A DNA stretch of 64,000 bases from an uncultured Thermoplasmata archaeon (GCA_963768855.1 CAVYJM010000010.1:128001-192000); one strand, 5' to 3'. Shown: positions 1-10,981, numbered from the stretch's first letter. Numbers and translations: made by a program. Notes: generated by a model from the letters alone, not told the origin.

Positions 1-913
1 CGCCTCCGTTCAAGAGAGGGAGGCCCGCCTGCGGGTTGCCCTTCAACACGTACCGCATGAGGACCGAGAACCCGACCAGGCTGCCGATGAGCGTGCCGAG
101 GGCGACGGTCAGGCTCGGGGTCAGACTCGGGAGGCCTGCGCCCACGGTGTTCGGCAGCCATGCCAGGGCCGAGACGCTCATCATGCCCGGGATAATCAGG
201 TCGCCTAGGCCGATGAACATCGCCTCGCGCTCTTCCCCCTTCGCGACCTGTTCCTTGAGGCTCCGCTGCTCCGCGAACTTGTAGTCCGCCGATTTCGGGA
301 TGACGAGCAGGACCGGGAGACGCTGGCTCGTGAGCTCGTCGGCCAGGGTCACCATGTGCTTCGAACGGTAGACGGCCCACGCGTCGTAGAACGCCAGGGC
401 CACGAGCAGCAGAGTGGCGGGGATCCAGCTGAACGAGATGCCGAGGATCGCGGTCACCCCGGCGGCGGTGACCAGGCCGACCGTGTCGACCACGTACCAC
501 TCGGGATACTTCACCAGGATCCACGTGACGCCCGCCGCCAGCACGAAGGCCAGGGCTGTCGCCAGGTTCCCCAGGTTCGTCGCGAGCGCGTCGTCCACGG
601 TCGTGAAGAGCGAGGCGACGTCGATGGAGAGGTAGTACACCGGGAGCAGGGCGACGAAGGCGACCGTGATCAGGACGGAGCCGAGGACGATGTATCGGGC
701 GAGATTCTGGCGCTGGTACTTGACCAGTCCGAGGATGATCGCCGTGAAGACCAGGATCATGACGATGTAGATGACGGCGTTCATCGGGTCGGAGGGGTTC
801 TGGAACGCGGTCATGCCGTTGTAGGCGAACGTGGGGGCGATGAGCAGCGCCACGATCTGGGACGCCGCGAGGAGGATTCCCATGATCGCGATGGACCGGA
901 TCTCGCGCTCCAT
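1..913 (-). CDS. Presenilin-family intramembrane aspartyl protease (PSH), runs off the window edge
   Basis: Not in ORF track. Manual translation from ATG 913 gives MEREIRSIAIMGILL..., multi-TM, with AFYDAW, FIGLGD and NPQAGLP motifs (YD/GxGD/PAL-like). Confidence 0.9.
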   Translation of the reverse strand, partial: MEREIRSIAIMGILLAASQIVALLIAPTFAYNGMTAFQNPSDPMNAVIYIVMILVFTAIILGLVKYQRQNLARYIVLGSVLITVAFVALLPVYYLSIDVASLFTTVDDALATNLGNLATALAFVLAAGVTWILVKYPEWYVVDTVGLVTAAGVTAILGISFSWIPATLLLVALAFYDAWAVYRSKHMVTLADELTSQRLPVLLVIPKSADYKFAEQRSLKEQVAKGEEREAMFIGLGDLIIPGMMSVSALAWLPNTVGAGLPSLTPSLTVALGTLIGSLVGFSVLMRYVLKGNPQAGLPLLNGG

Positions 914-920
914 GGGCCGT

Positions 921-1541
921 TTACTCCCGTTGCACCCGTCCGAACGCGACGCTTCCCGCGATTTTCTCGATGAACACCTTGACGATCGCGCCCTTCGCGG
1001 TCCCGGGCACGTAGATGATGTACCGGTCGAGCTTGGCGATCCCGTCGCCCTTCTTCCCGATGTCCTGGATCATCATCTCGTAGACCTTCCCCTCGACGAG
1101 GGGTGCCTCCTCGACCTTCGCGGCCTTCTTGACCGACTTCACGGGTCGGCGGGCGCCGCAGGCGTCACACTCGAGCATCGCGACGCGGCCTTCCTTGACG
1201 AGGCGGGTGTCGGGCCGGCCGCACTCCTGGCAGATCACGTAGGCGTCGACGTAGGACCGGATGCGCTCCTCGATGTTCTGCGAGGTGACCTTGCTCTTGA
1301 AGACGACGCGGCGGCCCTCGAGGGTCCCGGCCGTGCCGAGCTCCCGGAGCAGGTACGTCAGGACCATGTCCGGGTCGCGCCGGATCGCTTGGACGATGTC
1401 CTCGAAGTTGCGCAGGATTGTCGTCTTGCCTTCGTAGGTGATGTCGGGTGCGGGGACCTGGAACCGCTCGCCGCTGCTGAGCGCGTCGGGCAGGGCCTTC
1501 TTCGCCCGTGCCAGGAGCTGCGCGTAGGAGAGGGAGGACAT
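921..1541 (-). CDS. eif2b: Translation initiation factor aIF2 beta subunit with C-terminal TRAM domain
   Basis: ERFQVP..GKTTILRNF, CQEC..CDAC zinc ribbon, TRAM motif IGKKGDGIAK. Confidence 0.95.
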   Translation of the reverse strand: MSSLSYAQLLARAKKALPDALSSGERFQVPAPDITYEGKTTILRNFEDIVQAIRRDPDMVLTYLLRELGTAGTLEGRRVVFKSKVTSQNIEERIRSYVDAYVICQECGRPDTRLVKEGRVAMLECDACGARRPVKSVKKAAKVEEAPLVEGKVYEMMIQDIGKKGDGIAKLDRYIIYVPGTAKGAIVKVFIEKIAGSVAFGRVQRE

Positions 1542-1567
1542 GGGGAACGACCAAGGAGGGGCCCCGG

Positions 1568-1573
1568 TTTAAA
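1568..1573 (-). promoter_or_regulatory. TATA box for eif2b
   Basis: TTTAAA about 30 nt upstream of the ATG on the minus strand. Confidence 0.5.
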
Positions 1574-1616
1574 GGTTTGTCCCCAGGTCTCCCATCCGAC
1601 CCAGGGATGGCACGGC

Positions 1617-3209
1617 TCACTTGAGCCCCGCAGCGGCCTTCACCAGTCCGAGGTGGATCGGGGACGGCCGGAAGGGCCGCGACCGCAGCTCGGGGTGGAA
1701 CTGGGACGCGATGAAGTACGGATGACCTTTGAGCTCAAGGACCTCCATCCTCCGCCCACCGTCCGAGCGGCCCGTGTACCGCAACCCGGCCGCTTCGAGC
1801 TTCGCGATGTACTCCGGGTTGATCTCGTAGCGATGCCGGTGCCGCTCGAAGATCGTGGTCGAGCCGTAGAGCTTCGCGGCCTTCGAGTTCTCGTCGAGGA
1901 GGATCTCGTGCGCACCCAGGCGCATCGTGGCCCCCATCTCCTTGACGCCGTGCTGCTCCGGGAGCAGGTCGACCACCGGGTACGGCGTCTTCGGGTTGAA
2001 CTCGGAGCTGTTCGCGTCCTTCAGGCCGAGCGATTCACGAGCGAAGCCCACCGTGGCCAGCTGGAACCCGAGGCACACGCCCTGGAACGGGATGTCGTTG
2101 TCCGCGGCGTACCACGTCGCCGCGATCTTGCCCTCGATGCCCCGGTCACCGAATCCGCCGGGCACGAGGATGCCTTCCGCCCCCTCGAGGAGCTTGGTCC
2201 CCTTCTTCTCGATGTCCATCGACTCGACCCACCGGAGGTTCACCTTGACCCGGCTCGCGGCGGACGCATGGTGGAAGGCCTCGATGTGGCTGATGTAGGA
2301 GTCCTTGAGGTGCGTGTATTTCCCGACGAGGGCGATCGTGACCTCCTTCTCCGGGTTCTTGAGGCGCTCCAGCATCGCCCTCCATTCCTTCAGGTCTTCC
2401 TCCTTCTGCGGGAGGTTCAGGGTCTTCATGATGTACTCCGTGAGACCCTGCCCGTCGAACAAGAGGGGCACATCGTAGATCGTGGAGGCGTCCGGCGCGC
2501 TGATAACCCCGTCCACCGGGACGTCCGAGAAGAACGCGATCTTCTTCTTTACATCGGGTTCGAGGGACCGCTCCCCGCGGGCGATGATTACATTCGGCTG
2601 GATTCCCGAGGCCCGGAGTTCGCGGACGCTCTGCTGGGTCGGCTTCGTCTTCTGCTCGCCGACCGCGCCCATGATTGGGACCAGGGTCGTGTGCACGTAG
2701 AGGACGTTCTCCTTCCCGACCTCTTGGCCAAGCTGCCGCACTGCCTCGAGGAAAGGCATGCCCTCGATGTCGCCGACCGTCCCGCCCATCTCGATGAGCA
2801 CGATGTCCGCGCGTTCCTTCTCCCCGACGGCGCGGAGCAACGCCTTGATCTCGTCCGTGATGTGCGGGATGATTTGGACCGTCTTTCCGAGGTAGTCCCC
2901 GCGGCGCTCCTTCTCGATGACGGCCCGGTACACCTTGCCCGTCGTGATGTTATGATCCCCGGTCAGGTTCACGTCGAGGAAGCGCTCGTAGTTCCCGAGG
3001 TCCAGGTCCGTCTCCGCCCCGTCGTCGAGGACGAACACCTCCCCGTGCTGGTAGGGGTTCATCGTGCCCGCGTCGACGTTCAGGTACGGATCGATCTTCA
3101 CAGGAGAGACCCGCAGCCCTTTGGACTTCAGCAGGACGCCGATGGAGGAGGTGGAGATTCCCTTCCCCAGTCCTGACAAAACACCGCCCGTGACAATAAC
3201 GTACTTCAC
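1617..3209 (-). CDS. pyrG: CTP synthase
   Basis: [43 protein letters not shown]. Confidence 0.98.
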   Translation of the reverse strand: MKYVIVTGGVLSGLGKGISTSSIGVLLKSKGLRVSPVKIDPYLNVDAGTMNPYQHGEVFVLDDGAETDLDLGNYERFLDVNLTGDHNITTGKVYRAVIEKERRGDYLGKTVQIIPHITDEIKALLRAVGEKERADIVLIEMGGTVGDIEGMPFLEAVRQLGQEVGKENVLYVHTTLVPIMGAVGEQKTKPTQQSVRELRASGIQPNVIIARGERSLEPDVKKKIAFFSDVPVDGVISAPDASTIYDVPLLFDGQGLTEYIMKTLNLPQKEEDLKEWRAMLERLKNPEKEVTIALVGKYTHLKDSYISHIEAFHHASAASRVKVNLRWVESMDIEKKGTKLLEGAEGILVPGGFGDRGIEGKIAATWYAADNDIPFQGVCLGFQLATVGFARESLGLKDANSSEFNPKTPYPVVDLLPEQHGVKEMGATMRLGAHEILLDENSKAAKLYGSTTIFERHRHRYEINPEYIAKLEAAGLRYTGRSDGGRRMEVLELKGHPYFIASQFHPELRSRPFRPSPIHLGLVKAAAGLK

Positions 3210-3243
3210 GTTAACTCACGGGAATGGCCCATCGGGCGGGTCA

Positions 3244-3258
3244 CACAAATAGTTTGTG
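3244..3258. promoter_or_regulatory. Palindromic candidate operator CACAAA-TAG-TTTGTG
   Basis: 6-bp inverted repeat between divergent pyrG and peroxiredoxin-like genes. Confidence 0.4.
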
Positions 3259-3334
3259 CAGTGCCCCGTGAGCGGAACGACAAGAGTGGCGCAAAGTCTT
3301 ATGCGAAGGGATGCGCGTGATGCGTTCGATTCGC

Positions 3335-3910
3335 ATGCCGCAGGATTTCACGCTCAACCAGGTCCCTGGGCTGCTCCCAGGCGCGAAGGCCCCCGACTTC
3401 TCCCTCCCCGGGATCGACGGGAAGCCGTACTCCCTGTCGTCCTTCAAGGGGAAGCCAATCGTCGTCGTGTTCTTCACCTGCAACCACTGCCCCTACGTCC
3501 AGGCGTGGGAGTCGCGGTTTGTCGAGGTGCAGCGGGACTACGCCTCGAAGGGCGTGCAGCTCGTCGGGATCAACTCGAACGACGAGACGAAGTATCCCGA
3601 GGACGATTTCGCGCACATGAAGGAGCGGGCCAAGGACCACGGCTACAACTTCCCCTACCTGCGGGACGAAACCCAGAAGGTCGCCGAGGCGTGGAGCCCC
3701 GTCGCGACGCCGGATTTCTACGTGCTCGACAAGGATCGCGTGGTCCGCTACCGCGGCCGCATGGATGACAATCACAAGGACGCGAACGCGGTCACCCTGC
3801 GCTACCTGCGCGATGCGCTGGACGACCTGCTCGCCGGGAAGGCTCCGCAGGTCCCCCTCACACCGCCGTTCGGCTGCTCGATCAAGTGGAAGCCGGAGCA
3901 CTTCAGCTGA
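3335..3910 (+). CDS. AhpC/TSA (peroxiredoxin-like) thioredoxin-family protein
   Basis: GAKAPDFSLP, FTCNHCPYV, GCSIKW; ATG 3335 preferred over 3311. Confidence 0.9.
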   Translation: MPQDFTLNQVPGLLPGAKAPDFSLPGIDGKPYSLSSFKGKPIVVVFFTCNHCPYVQAWESRFVEVQRDYASKGVQLVGINSNDETKYPEDDFAHMKERAKDHGYNFPYLRDETQKVAEAWSPVATPDFYVLDKDRVVRYRGRMDDNHKDANAVTLRYLRDALDDLLAGKAPQVPLTPPFGCSIKWKPEHFS

Positions 3911-3911
3911 G

Positions 3912-4679
3912 TCAGTGCGGTTTTCGCTCGCGACCGGTCTCTAGGTTCCGCAAGCGGCATCGAAGATAATCGTAGCTCGCGCGGAGGTTCCCGGCCCGGT
4001 CGTAGGCGCGTGCGATGCGCCGTGCTTCCGTCGGGTTCCCGCGCAGCTCCCGCGTGAATCTATCGAGGTTCACTAGAGCGCGGGTCAGTTCGTCCACGAT
4101 GGGCACCGTCGCGGCCTGCGAGGTCCGCGAGAGCGGGTTCAGGTCGATGCTGAGGACGGTCTTCCCCATCCGCACGAGCGCCTCCGCGCGGTCGCCGTCC
4201 TCGAGCGGGACTAGGACCACGTCGGCGCGGTACAAGCCCTCCTTGTGACACAGGGCGCGTTTCGACTCCAGGCCCGGGATCCGTGCGTCCGGACGGGGCC
4301 CGAGCACGTCCTTCGCCCCGGAGGCCTGCAGGTGCTTCACAATCCGCGCGACGCGCGCCTCCGTGCGTTGGAAGAGGTTCACTTCGATTCTCGCGGGGAC
4401 CGCCTTCGCGAGGCGCACGACGTCCCTGGGCGCGAGGGCGGCCACGTTGCCGTTCACGGAAAGGACCGGGCGCTTCGCGGTCAGCAACATCGCGGCGGCC
4501 GCCTTCTCGGCAACGAGGGCGGGAGCCGAGGTCTCCTCTCCGAGGAGATAATCGAACGCCTCTCCCCGACCCTGCGCGATGAGCCCCTCCGGGACCACGA
4601 TCCCTTTGCGCCAGGCTCGGACGAGCTTCTCGCGGAGCACGAGGGACTCGTACCGCGGGTGGGACTTCGGGATTCTCAT
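3912..4679 (-). CDS. 4-phosphopantoate--beta-alanine ligase (archaeal phosphopantothenate synthetase)
   Basis: IPKSHPRYESL, AQGRGEAFDYLLGE, LVPLEDGDR, IDLNPLSRT; start set at MRIPK (4679). Confidence 0.93.
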   Translation of the reverse strand: MRIPKSHPRYESLVLREKLVRAWRKGIVVPEGLIAQGRGEAFDYLLGEETSAPALVAEKAAAAMLLTAKRPVLSVNGNVAALAPRDVVRLAKAVPARIEVNLFQRTEARVARIVKHLQASGAKDVLGPRPDARIPGLESKRALCHKEGLYRADVVLVPLEDGDRAEALVRMGKTVLSIDLNPLSRTSQAATVPIVDELTRALVNLDRFTRELRGNPTEARRIARAYDRAGNLRASYDYLRCRLRNLETGRERKPH

Positions 4680-5740
4680 ACCATGGTCCTGATCCGGTCC
4701 ACGAACTTGCCGCAGCCGTGCCACAGCGGATCTGCCGTCGGCATGCGGTACTTCGCCTCGTACTCCTTCACGGTTGCCTCGACCTGCTCGCGCGTCATGT
4801 TCTCGTGATTCAGCCCGATCGCGAAGACCTTGCCCCCTCCCGCGATCTGCGCGAAGAACTCGAGCCACTCGATCTCCTCCTCGGGTTTCGGCATGGGCCA
4901 CGCGACCACGTCCCGGCGGAAGTTCCTTGTCTTCCGCGCCGGGGCGTGCATCATCAGGATGGCGGAGGGGAAGGAGGCCATGATAATCGACCGCGTTCCG
5001 CTCACGTATGCGGGATGGGAGATGCTCCCCTGTCCCTCGACAATGAGGACCTTGGGCTTCGTCTCCTCGTACGCGCGGACGACCTCCGCCTCGAGCTCGC
5101 CCACCATGAAGTCGCCCTTGATCGAGTCGAGCGGGACGCCGTAGGGGGAACCCTGAAGGAGCCCCGTCTGGCCTGTGGCCACGAACGTGGTCTTGATCCC
5201 CGCGGCGTTCAGCGCGTCGGTCAGGAGGAGTGCGCAGGTCCGCTTCCCGATGGCGCCGTCCGTCCCGAGGACCGGGATGCGGACGCAGGGGAGGCGGCGC
5301 GACTTGTCGCTGAACTGTTGCGCCTCCCGGATGTCCCGCGGGCGGCGGACGTCAATCAGCGTCACGCCGTGTTCCGCCGCGAGCTTGGAGAACTCGGGAT
5401 CGTCGCGTAGGTACTCGTGCAGCCCGGCGGCGACATTTACTCCGTGTTCGATGGCTTCTTTGATCAAGGGCCGGAACTCCTTCGGGATGTACCCGCCGAA
5501 CGTGGCCACGCCGATGATGAGGGAGGTTGGCCTTCCTTTTTCCAGGGCCTCTCGGAAGTCCTTGAAGATCGGGATGCCGTTCGCCTTGCCGTCGAGGACC
5601 TCGCCCGCGTCCCGTCCGGCCTTCGTGTGGTCGATGACGCCGACAATCTCGTAGCGCTTCGAGTACCGCACGAGGCCGTTCGCCGTCTTCCCCGTGTTCT
5701 GGCCGAAATAGCCGTCGCAGAGGATCACCGCGCGTTCCAT
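4676..5740 (-). CDS. DUF1611 family protein (DgcN-like, P-loop)
   Basis: GKTANGLVRYS, GTDGAIGKRT, ATGQTG, VEGQGSISHPAY; start set at MERAV (5740); ATGA overlap with the downstream gene. Confidence 0.85.
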   Translation of the reverse strand: MERAVILCDGYFGQNTGKTANGLVRYSKRYEIVGVIDHTKAGRDAGEVLDGKANGIPIFKDFREALEKGRPTSLIIGVATFGGYIPKEFRPLIKEAIEHGVNVAAGLHEYLRDDPEFSKLAAEHGVTLIDVRRPRDIREAQQFSDKSRRLPCVRIPVLGTDGAIGKRTCALLLTDALNAAGIKTTFVATGQTGLLQGSPYGVPLDSIKGDFMVGELEAEVVRAYEETKPKVLIVEGQGSISHPAYVSGTRSIIMASFPSAILMMHAPARKTRNFRRDVVAWPMPKPEEEIEWLEFFAQIAGGGKVFAIGLNHENMTREQVEATVKEYEAKYRMPTADPLWHGCGKFVDRIRTMV

Positions 5741-5858
5741 GGGACCGCATCCCGGGGGCCGAGTGAGAGGGGAGATGGCAGGAGCCGCATAAAGGCTCGC
5801 GAATGCCCGACCGTCCGCGGCCGGGAACCTACTTGAGACATGAGCCCCTTTCCCACGC

Positions 5859-7049
5859 GTGGAACTCGGGGTCGTCGGCAAGCCCAACGTCGGCAAGTCC
5901 ACGTTCTTCGCGGCGGCCACTCTGGCGCCCGCGCAGATTGCGAACTACCCCTTCACGACGATCGAGCCGAACCGCGGCATCGCTTACGTGCGCCACCGCT
6001 GCCCTCACCTGGACCTCGGCGTCCCCTGCAAGCCGAACAACAGCCCCTGCCAGGATGGCGTGCGCCTGATTCCCGTGGAGCTGCTCGATGTGGCGGGCCT
6101 CGTCCCCAAGGCCCACGAGGGCCGCGGCCTGGGGAACAAGTTCCTCGACGACCTGCGGCAGGCGAGCGCCCTCGTCCACGTGATCGACGCAACGGGGGGC
6201 ACGGACTTCGAGGGGAACGTCGTCCCGGCGGGCAGCCACGACCCCCTCGAGGACGTCCGCTTCCTGGAGGAGGAGCTCGCCCATTGGATCGCGGGCATCC
6301 TCTCCCGCAACTGGGAAAAGGAGGCGCGGCACGCCGACCTGGAGGAGGTGCCGCCCGAGAAGGTGCTCTACGACCGCCTCACGGGCCTCGGCCTCACGGA
6401 AGCCCAGATCCACCTCGCCCTGCGCGAGACACCCTTGGACCCGAAGATGGCCAAGTGGAGCTCGGAGGACATGCTCCACCTCGCGCACAGCCTGCGCAAG
6501 ATCGGCAAGCCTATGATCCTCGCGGCGAACAAGGCGGACCTCGTGTCCAAGGAGCGACTCGACGCGCTCTCGGCCGTGGAGGGCTACCGCACCGTGCCGA
6601 CGTCCGCGGAGTTCGAACTCGCCCTTCGCCGAGCGGCCGTGGCGCACCTCGTCGCGTACGAGCCGGGTGCGTCCTCGTTCCAAGTCTTGGACCCCGCGAA
6701 GCTCTCTGTGCCGCAGGCCAAGGGCCTCGATAAGATCCGGGCCTTCCTGGAGGCCCGCGGCACGACCGGCGTGCAAGCCTGCGTGGAGGAGGCCGTCTTC
6801 AAGCTCCTCGACCTCATCGTGGTGTTCCCCGTGGAGGACGAGACCCACTGGATCGACAAGAAGGGGAACGTGCTCCCGGACGCGTTCCTCGTCCCGCGAG
6901 GGTCCACGGCGGTGGACGTCGCCTTCAAGGTCCACACGGACCTCGGGAAGCACTTCATCCGCGCCATCGATGGGAGGTCGAAGATGGTCGTCGGCCGCGA
7001 CCACCCCGTGAAGGACGGCGACGTGATCAAGATCGTGGCAAAGGCCTAG
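5859..7049 (+). CDS. ychF: Redox-regulated ATPase YchF (Obg family)
   Basis: [27 protein letters not shown]-terminal TGS domain. Confidence 0.95.
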   Translation: MELGVVGKPNVGKSTFFAAATLAPAQIANYPFTTIEPNRGIAYVRHRCPHLDLGVPCKPNNSPCQDGVRLIPVELLDVAGLVPKAHEGRGLGNKFLDDLRQASALVHVIDATGGTDFEGNVVPAGSHDPLEDVRFLEEELAHWIAGILSRNWEKEARHADLEEVPPEKVLYDRLTGLGLTEAQIHLALRETPLDPKMAKWSSEDMLHLAHSLRKIGKPMILAANKADLVSKERLDALSAVEGYRTVPTSAEFELALRRAAVAHLVAYEPGASSFQVLDPAKLSVPQAKGLDKIRAFLEARGTTGVQACVEEAVFKLLDLIVVFPVEDETHWIDKKGNVLPDAFLVPRGSTAVDVAFKVHTDLGKHFIRAIDGRSKMVVGRDHPVKDGDVIKIVAKA

Positions 7050-7124
7050 CTCCGCGATCGTGCAAGGGGATAACCCCCGCGGCGAGCCAGTTTGCGACAG
7101 GCGGTTCGAGGGGCCTGGCGGATC

Positions 7125-10100
7125 TCATCCACGGGGCTCCACGAGCTCGAGGATTCCTCGGAGAGGAATGCCCAGCCACGGCGGCCGGGCGTCGAGTTCG
7201 TATCCGATTTCGTAGATGGATTTCTCCAAGAGGAAGACATCCAGGAGCAGTTGGAGGCTGGGACGGCTCTTCGGGAGGAGCCCGGAGGAGGTCGCGCCTT
7301 CGAGGTAGGCACGCAGGAACCGGGATGCGCACCAGGTGTACCACTGCATCGCCCACGGTTCGAGCTTGGCCTGGATGTCGGGCGCGCTGGCTGCCTGGGC
7401 GTCCAAGGCCACGCGGGAAGCGTAGTGGAACGACCGCATCATGCCGGCCACGTCTCGGACTGGAGACCGCTTGATTCGCCGCTCCGTGATGGGTCGCGCG
7501 GGCTCTCCTTCGAAATCGATGATGACAAAGTCCTTGCCCGTGTACAAGACCTGTCCGAGATGATAGTCGCCGTGGCACCGGATGCGGACCGCGTCGATCG
7601 TGTGGTCTCTCAGAGTTCCGAAGCGCTTCCGGACTTCCCCCTCGAGATTGAGGACCTGTGCCGCCGCAGTGCGGGTCGGTTCCGGGATCGAGGGCAGATG
7701 ATGCCGGAGTCGGGTGAAGACTTGGTCCGTCAGTGACACCATGGAGTGAAACATCGCCTTCTGGTAGAACAGGTTGAAAGGTTCCGGGACGAAATCCGGA
7801 TCGTCGCCGGCGTCCGCAAGGGCACGATGCAGGTCCGCGGTCCGCTGCCCGAGGATGGAGGTCTGCTCCAGGTAGGGTCCGATTGCATCCCGAACGGATG
7901 GCGGCGGGCTCGTCTCTGCGAGATCGAGGATGCTCTTTCCGGCGAGGTCCGACGTCTCGGGAATCTTGGTCTCGCTCCGTGCGCGCTCGTAGTAGTGGCC
8001 CAGTACATCCAGGGTGTAGTGCCACGCGTCCCCCTCATTGCGGACGTACTCGAGAAGAATCGCCAGGATTCCAGGCTCCCCCGCTCCCGGCCCGTAGTGG
8101 AGAGCCCCCGCGAGGGCGGGCGCGTGGGCGAAGTGCGTGCGCTCCGTGAGGAACCAGCTCAGCTCCAATTCCGGGTTCGGACCTGGATCGAAGCGCCGCA
8201 ACAGCTTGAGCATGAGGCGATCGCCGAAGAACGCGGATGTGTTGGTCTGCTCTGACTTGAGCGGGGAGGCCTCGAGGCCGTTCGCGTTCTCTCCGAGGGA
8301 GGCGCGGAGGACACGCGTCGTCGATGACGCCACCTCGCCCCGAGACCCCTTCCAGCGGCGGTGGCGGACGACCGAGGCGAGCGTCGCCTTGAGGAAGCGA
8401 GGGTCCCAGAATGCGTCATAGAGGATCCCCGGCCCGGTCTCCGTGGCCAGCCTCGCGATGGCCGCGTCCGGCGTCGCTTTCAGGAAAGGGGGATTTGTGT
8501 CGCCCGGAAGAAAGCCTAGGGGGAGAACGTAGGTCTCGCCCTCCCCTTCCATGTACTCGACCCGGAGGAAGGCCAGGAACGCCTCGTCCTCCAGATCAGG
8601 CACAGGGATCAGGTCCTCGATCTTCAGGGAAAAGATCGCGCGTCCCCTTCCCCCGAACCACCGACGTTCGCGGAGGTACTGGGCCAGAGCGGGCTGCAAG
8701 GTTTCGTATTGATGTCCTTGCAGGGCGTCCTGCCATCGCCCGAACACGACGATTCGGGGAAGTCCCGGCGCAAGCGCGGCGAGGTTCTCCCCGGAACGTT
8801 GTGCGGGCGCCTCCAGAGAAAACCAGTAGAATCCATACGAGCCGAGCGTAAGGATGTACGATGCGCCGCCAATCGCGGGAAATCGCGCACCGCCGGCAAG
8901 CTCGACCGGGACGAATCCCGAGAAGCCCCGCAAGTCGAGCTCGGCGGACTGCGGATGGCGAGACAGGTTTGCGACCACGAGGATCGCCTCGGTCTCGTAG
9001 CGCCGGATGTACGCCAGCACTTTCCGATTCTCGGGGTACAGAAACTCGAGGGTTCCACGTCCGAAGGCCTTGTGGGCCTTGCGACGTTCAATGAGACGCT
9101 GGGTCCACCACAGGAGAGAATTCGGATTCGCCCGCTGCGTCTCCACATTGACGGCCTCGTAGTGGTAGGTCGGGTCAATGATGACCGGGAGGTTGAGCTG
9201 CTGGGGGTTCGCGGTGGAGAAGCCGGCGTTGCGGTCTGCGCTCCACTGCATGGGCGTCCGGACGCCGTTTCGGTCACCCAGGTAGAAGTTGTCCCCCATC
9301 CCGATTTCATCACCGTAGTAAAGGACGGGTGTGCCCGGCAGGGACAGGAGGAGCCCGGTCATGAGTTCGATTCGCCTGCGGTCGTTCTCGAGCAGGGGAG
9401 CGAGCCGCCGGCGGATGCCGAGGTTGACCCTCGCCTGCGGGTCGCGGGCGTACATCCGGTAGATGTAGTCCCTCTCCTCGTCCGTGACCATCTCCAAGGT
9501 CAGCTCGTCATGATTCCTGAGGAACAGCGCCCATTGGGCCGCCGGGGGGATGGGCGGGGTCTGGTTGAGAATCTCGACGACGGGAAACCGGTCCTCCATC
9601 CGGAGGGCCATGAAGAGTCGAGGCATGAGCGGGAAGTGAAATGCCATGTGGCACTCGTCCCCCTTCCCGAAGTACTCGGCCGCATCTTCCGGCCACTGAT
9701 TCGCCTCCGCGAGCAGCATTCGGTTTCGGTACTTCGCATCCACATGCGCCCGCAACTCCTTCAAGAAGGAATGGGTCTCGGGCAGATTCTCGCAGCTCGT
9801 TCCCTCGCGCTCGTAAAGGTAGGGGACCGCGTCAAGTCGCAAGCCGTCGACTCCGAGGCCAAGCCAGAAGTCCACAACGTCCTGGATTGCCTTCCGGACT
9901 CTAGGGTTCTGGAAATTCAGATCGGGCTGGTGGGAGTAGAACCGGTGCCAGAAGTAGGTCTTCGCAACCGGGTCCCAGGCCCAGTTCGAGTTCTCGAAGT
10001 CTTTGAAGATGATCCGGGCGTCCTTGTAGCCGTCCGGGGTGTTGGCCCACACATAGAAGTCCCGCGAGGAGCTGCCAGGCCTGGCTCGACGGGCCCTCTG

Positions 10101-10466
10101 GAACCACGGGTGTTGGTCCGAGGTGTGGTTCAGGACGAGCTCGATGATGACTCGGAGACCGCGACGGTGAGCCTCGCGCAGGAAGACCTTGAAGTCCCTC
10201 AACGTTCCGTAGAGGCGATGAACATCCATGTAATCCGAGATGTCGTACCCGTCGTCGCGGAGGGGAGACGGAAAGAAAGGGAGAATCCAGAGAGCCGTGA
10301 CTCCGAGCTCTTGAATGTAGCCGAGCCTCTGGGTGAGTCCGCCGAAGTCCCCAACGCCGTCCCCGGAGCTGTCGAGGAAGGCACGGACGGGAACCTCGTA
10401 GATGACCGCGTCCTTGTACCATAGGGGATCGTCCTCGAGTTGGGGTCCGCCCGTCCGTTCCGTCAT
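7125..10466 (-). CDS. treS: Trehalose synthase TreS (GH13) fused to maltokinase (Pep2/Mak)
   Basis: [40 protein letters not shown]; kinase part [26 protein letters not shown]. Confidence 0.96.
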   Translation of the reverse strand: MTERTGGPQLEDDPLWYKDAVIYEVPVRAFLDSSGDGVGDFGGLTQRLGYIQELGVTALWILPFFPSPLRDDGYDISDYMDVHRLYGTLRDFKVFLREAHRRGLRVIIELVLNHTSDQHPWFQRARRARPGSSSRDFYVWANTPDGYKDARIIFKDFENSNWAWDPVAKTYFWHRFYSHQPDLNFQNPRVRKAIQDVVDFWLGLGVDGLRLDAVPYLYEREGTSCENLPETHSFLKELRAHVDAKYRNRMLLAEANQWPEDAAEYFGKGDECHMAFHFPLMPRLFMALRMEDRFPVVEILNQTPPIPPAAQWALFLRNHDELTLEMVTDEERDYIYRMYARDPQARVNLGIRRRLAPLLENDRRRIELMTGLLLSLPGTPVLYYGDEIGMGDNFYLGDRNGVRTPMQWSADRNAGFSTANPQQLNLPVIIDPTYHYEAVNVETQRANPNSLLWWTQRLIERRKAHKAFGRGTLEFLYPENRKVLAYIRRYETEAILVVANLSRHPQSAELDLRGFSGFVPVELAGGARFPAIGGASYILTLGSYGFYWFSLEAPAQRSGENLAALAPGLPRIVVFGRWQDALQGHQYETLQPALAQYLRERRWFGGRGRAIFSLKIEDLIPVPDLEDEAFLAFLRVEYMEGEGETYVLPLGFLPGDTNPPFLKATPDAAIARLATETGPGILYDAFWDPRFLKATLASVVRHRRWKGSRGEVASSTTRVLRASLGENANGLEASPLKSEQTNTSAFFGDRLMLKLLRRFDPGPNPELELSWFLTERTHFAHAPALAGALHYGPGAGEPGILAILLEYVRNEGDAWHYTLDVLGHYYERARSETKIPETSDLAGKSILDLAETSPPPSVRDAIGPYLEQTSILGQRTADLHRALADAGDDPDFVPEPFNLFYQKAMFHSMVSLTDQVFTRLRHHLPSIPEPTRTAAAQVLNLEGEVRKRFGTLRDHTIDAVRIRCHGDYHLGQVLYTGKDFVIIDFEGEPARPITERRIKRSPVRDVAGMMRSFHYASRVALDAQAASAPDIQAKLEPWAMQWYTWCASRFLRAYLEGATSSGLLPKSRPSLQLLLDVFLLEKSIYEIGYELDARPPWLGIPLRGILELVEPRG

Positions 10467-10475
10467 GCTTACCCG

Positions 10476-10641
10476 TCATCCCCCCCGCGGGCGAAATGGG
10501 CTCCAGGCGGAAGAGGTAGGCGGACATTTCCCTTCGCCGCAACTCCACGGGGTCTCCCGGTCCCTCCCCGTCGTAAGTGACCTCGGTAGGGAGATCATGT
10601 ACCCGGAACCGTTGACCGGCCGGGAGGTCGAGGATGCGGCG
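10476..10641 (-). pseudogene. Remnant of the glgE 3' end upstream of treS
   Basis: Reads LDLPAGQRFRVHDLPTEVTYDGEGPGDPVELRRREMSAYLFRLEP, resembling the GlgE C-terminus as I recall it. Removing one G from the G7 run at 10480-10486 restores a TGA stop 10 nt before the treS ATG. Confidence 0.55.
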
Positions 10642-10981
10642 CACCTCGGCGGAATCCCCCGCGCTCTCCAAGACCGTGGCCCACCTCCACGGGCGTCCTC
10701 CTCGATTTGGGGCACTGCGCCGCCGAGTGCGACGAGCCACTGAGACCCCGGAGGTCCGTGCTTTCGTGCGCGAGTCGGCCCTCGCGACTTCATGCAACGG
10801 TACCAGTGCTTCCAAGTTCATTATCCTTTAGCGGTGCACAACCACCCATGTAGTCTTGGATTCGGACCCCGGTCCAACACGTTCTTATCCCTCTCGACCG
10901 TTTGTACATGGCCTTCTGGTCCCTGTGGGGTTCGCCTGCGGCGAAGCGGGGCCCGAAGGTCGGGTTCGATGAGGGAGAGGT

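Noticed and set aside
7027-7128. ATGA-coupled 33-aa ORF after treS, considered as a glgB remnant
   Set aside because: [18 protein letters not shown] does not resemble a GlgB N-terminus and it overlaps the ychF end
9901-10821. 306-aa ORF overlapping the treS start
   Set aside because: Only about 48 codons resemble GlgE; the rest is read-through caused by the G-run frameshift
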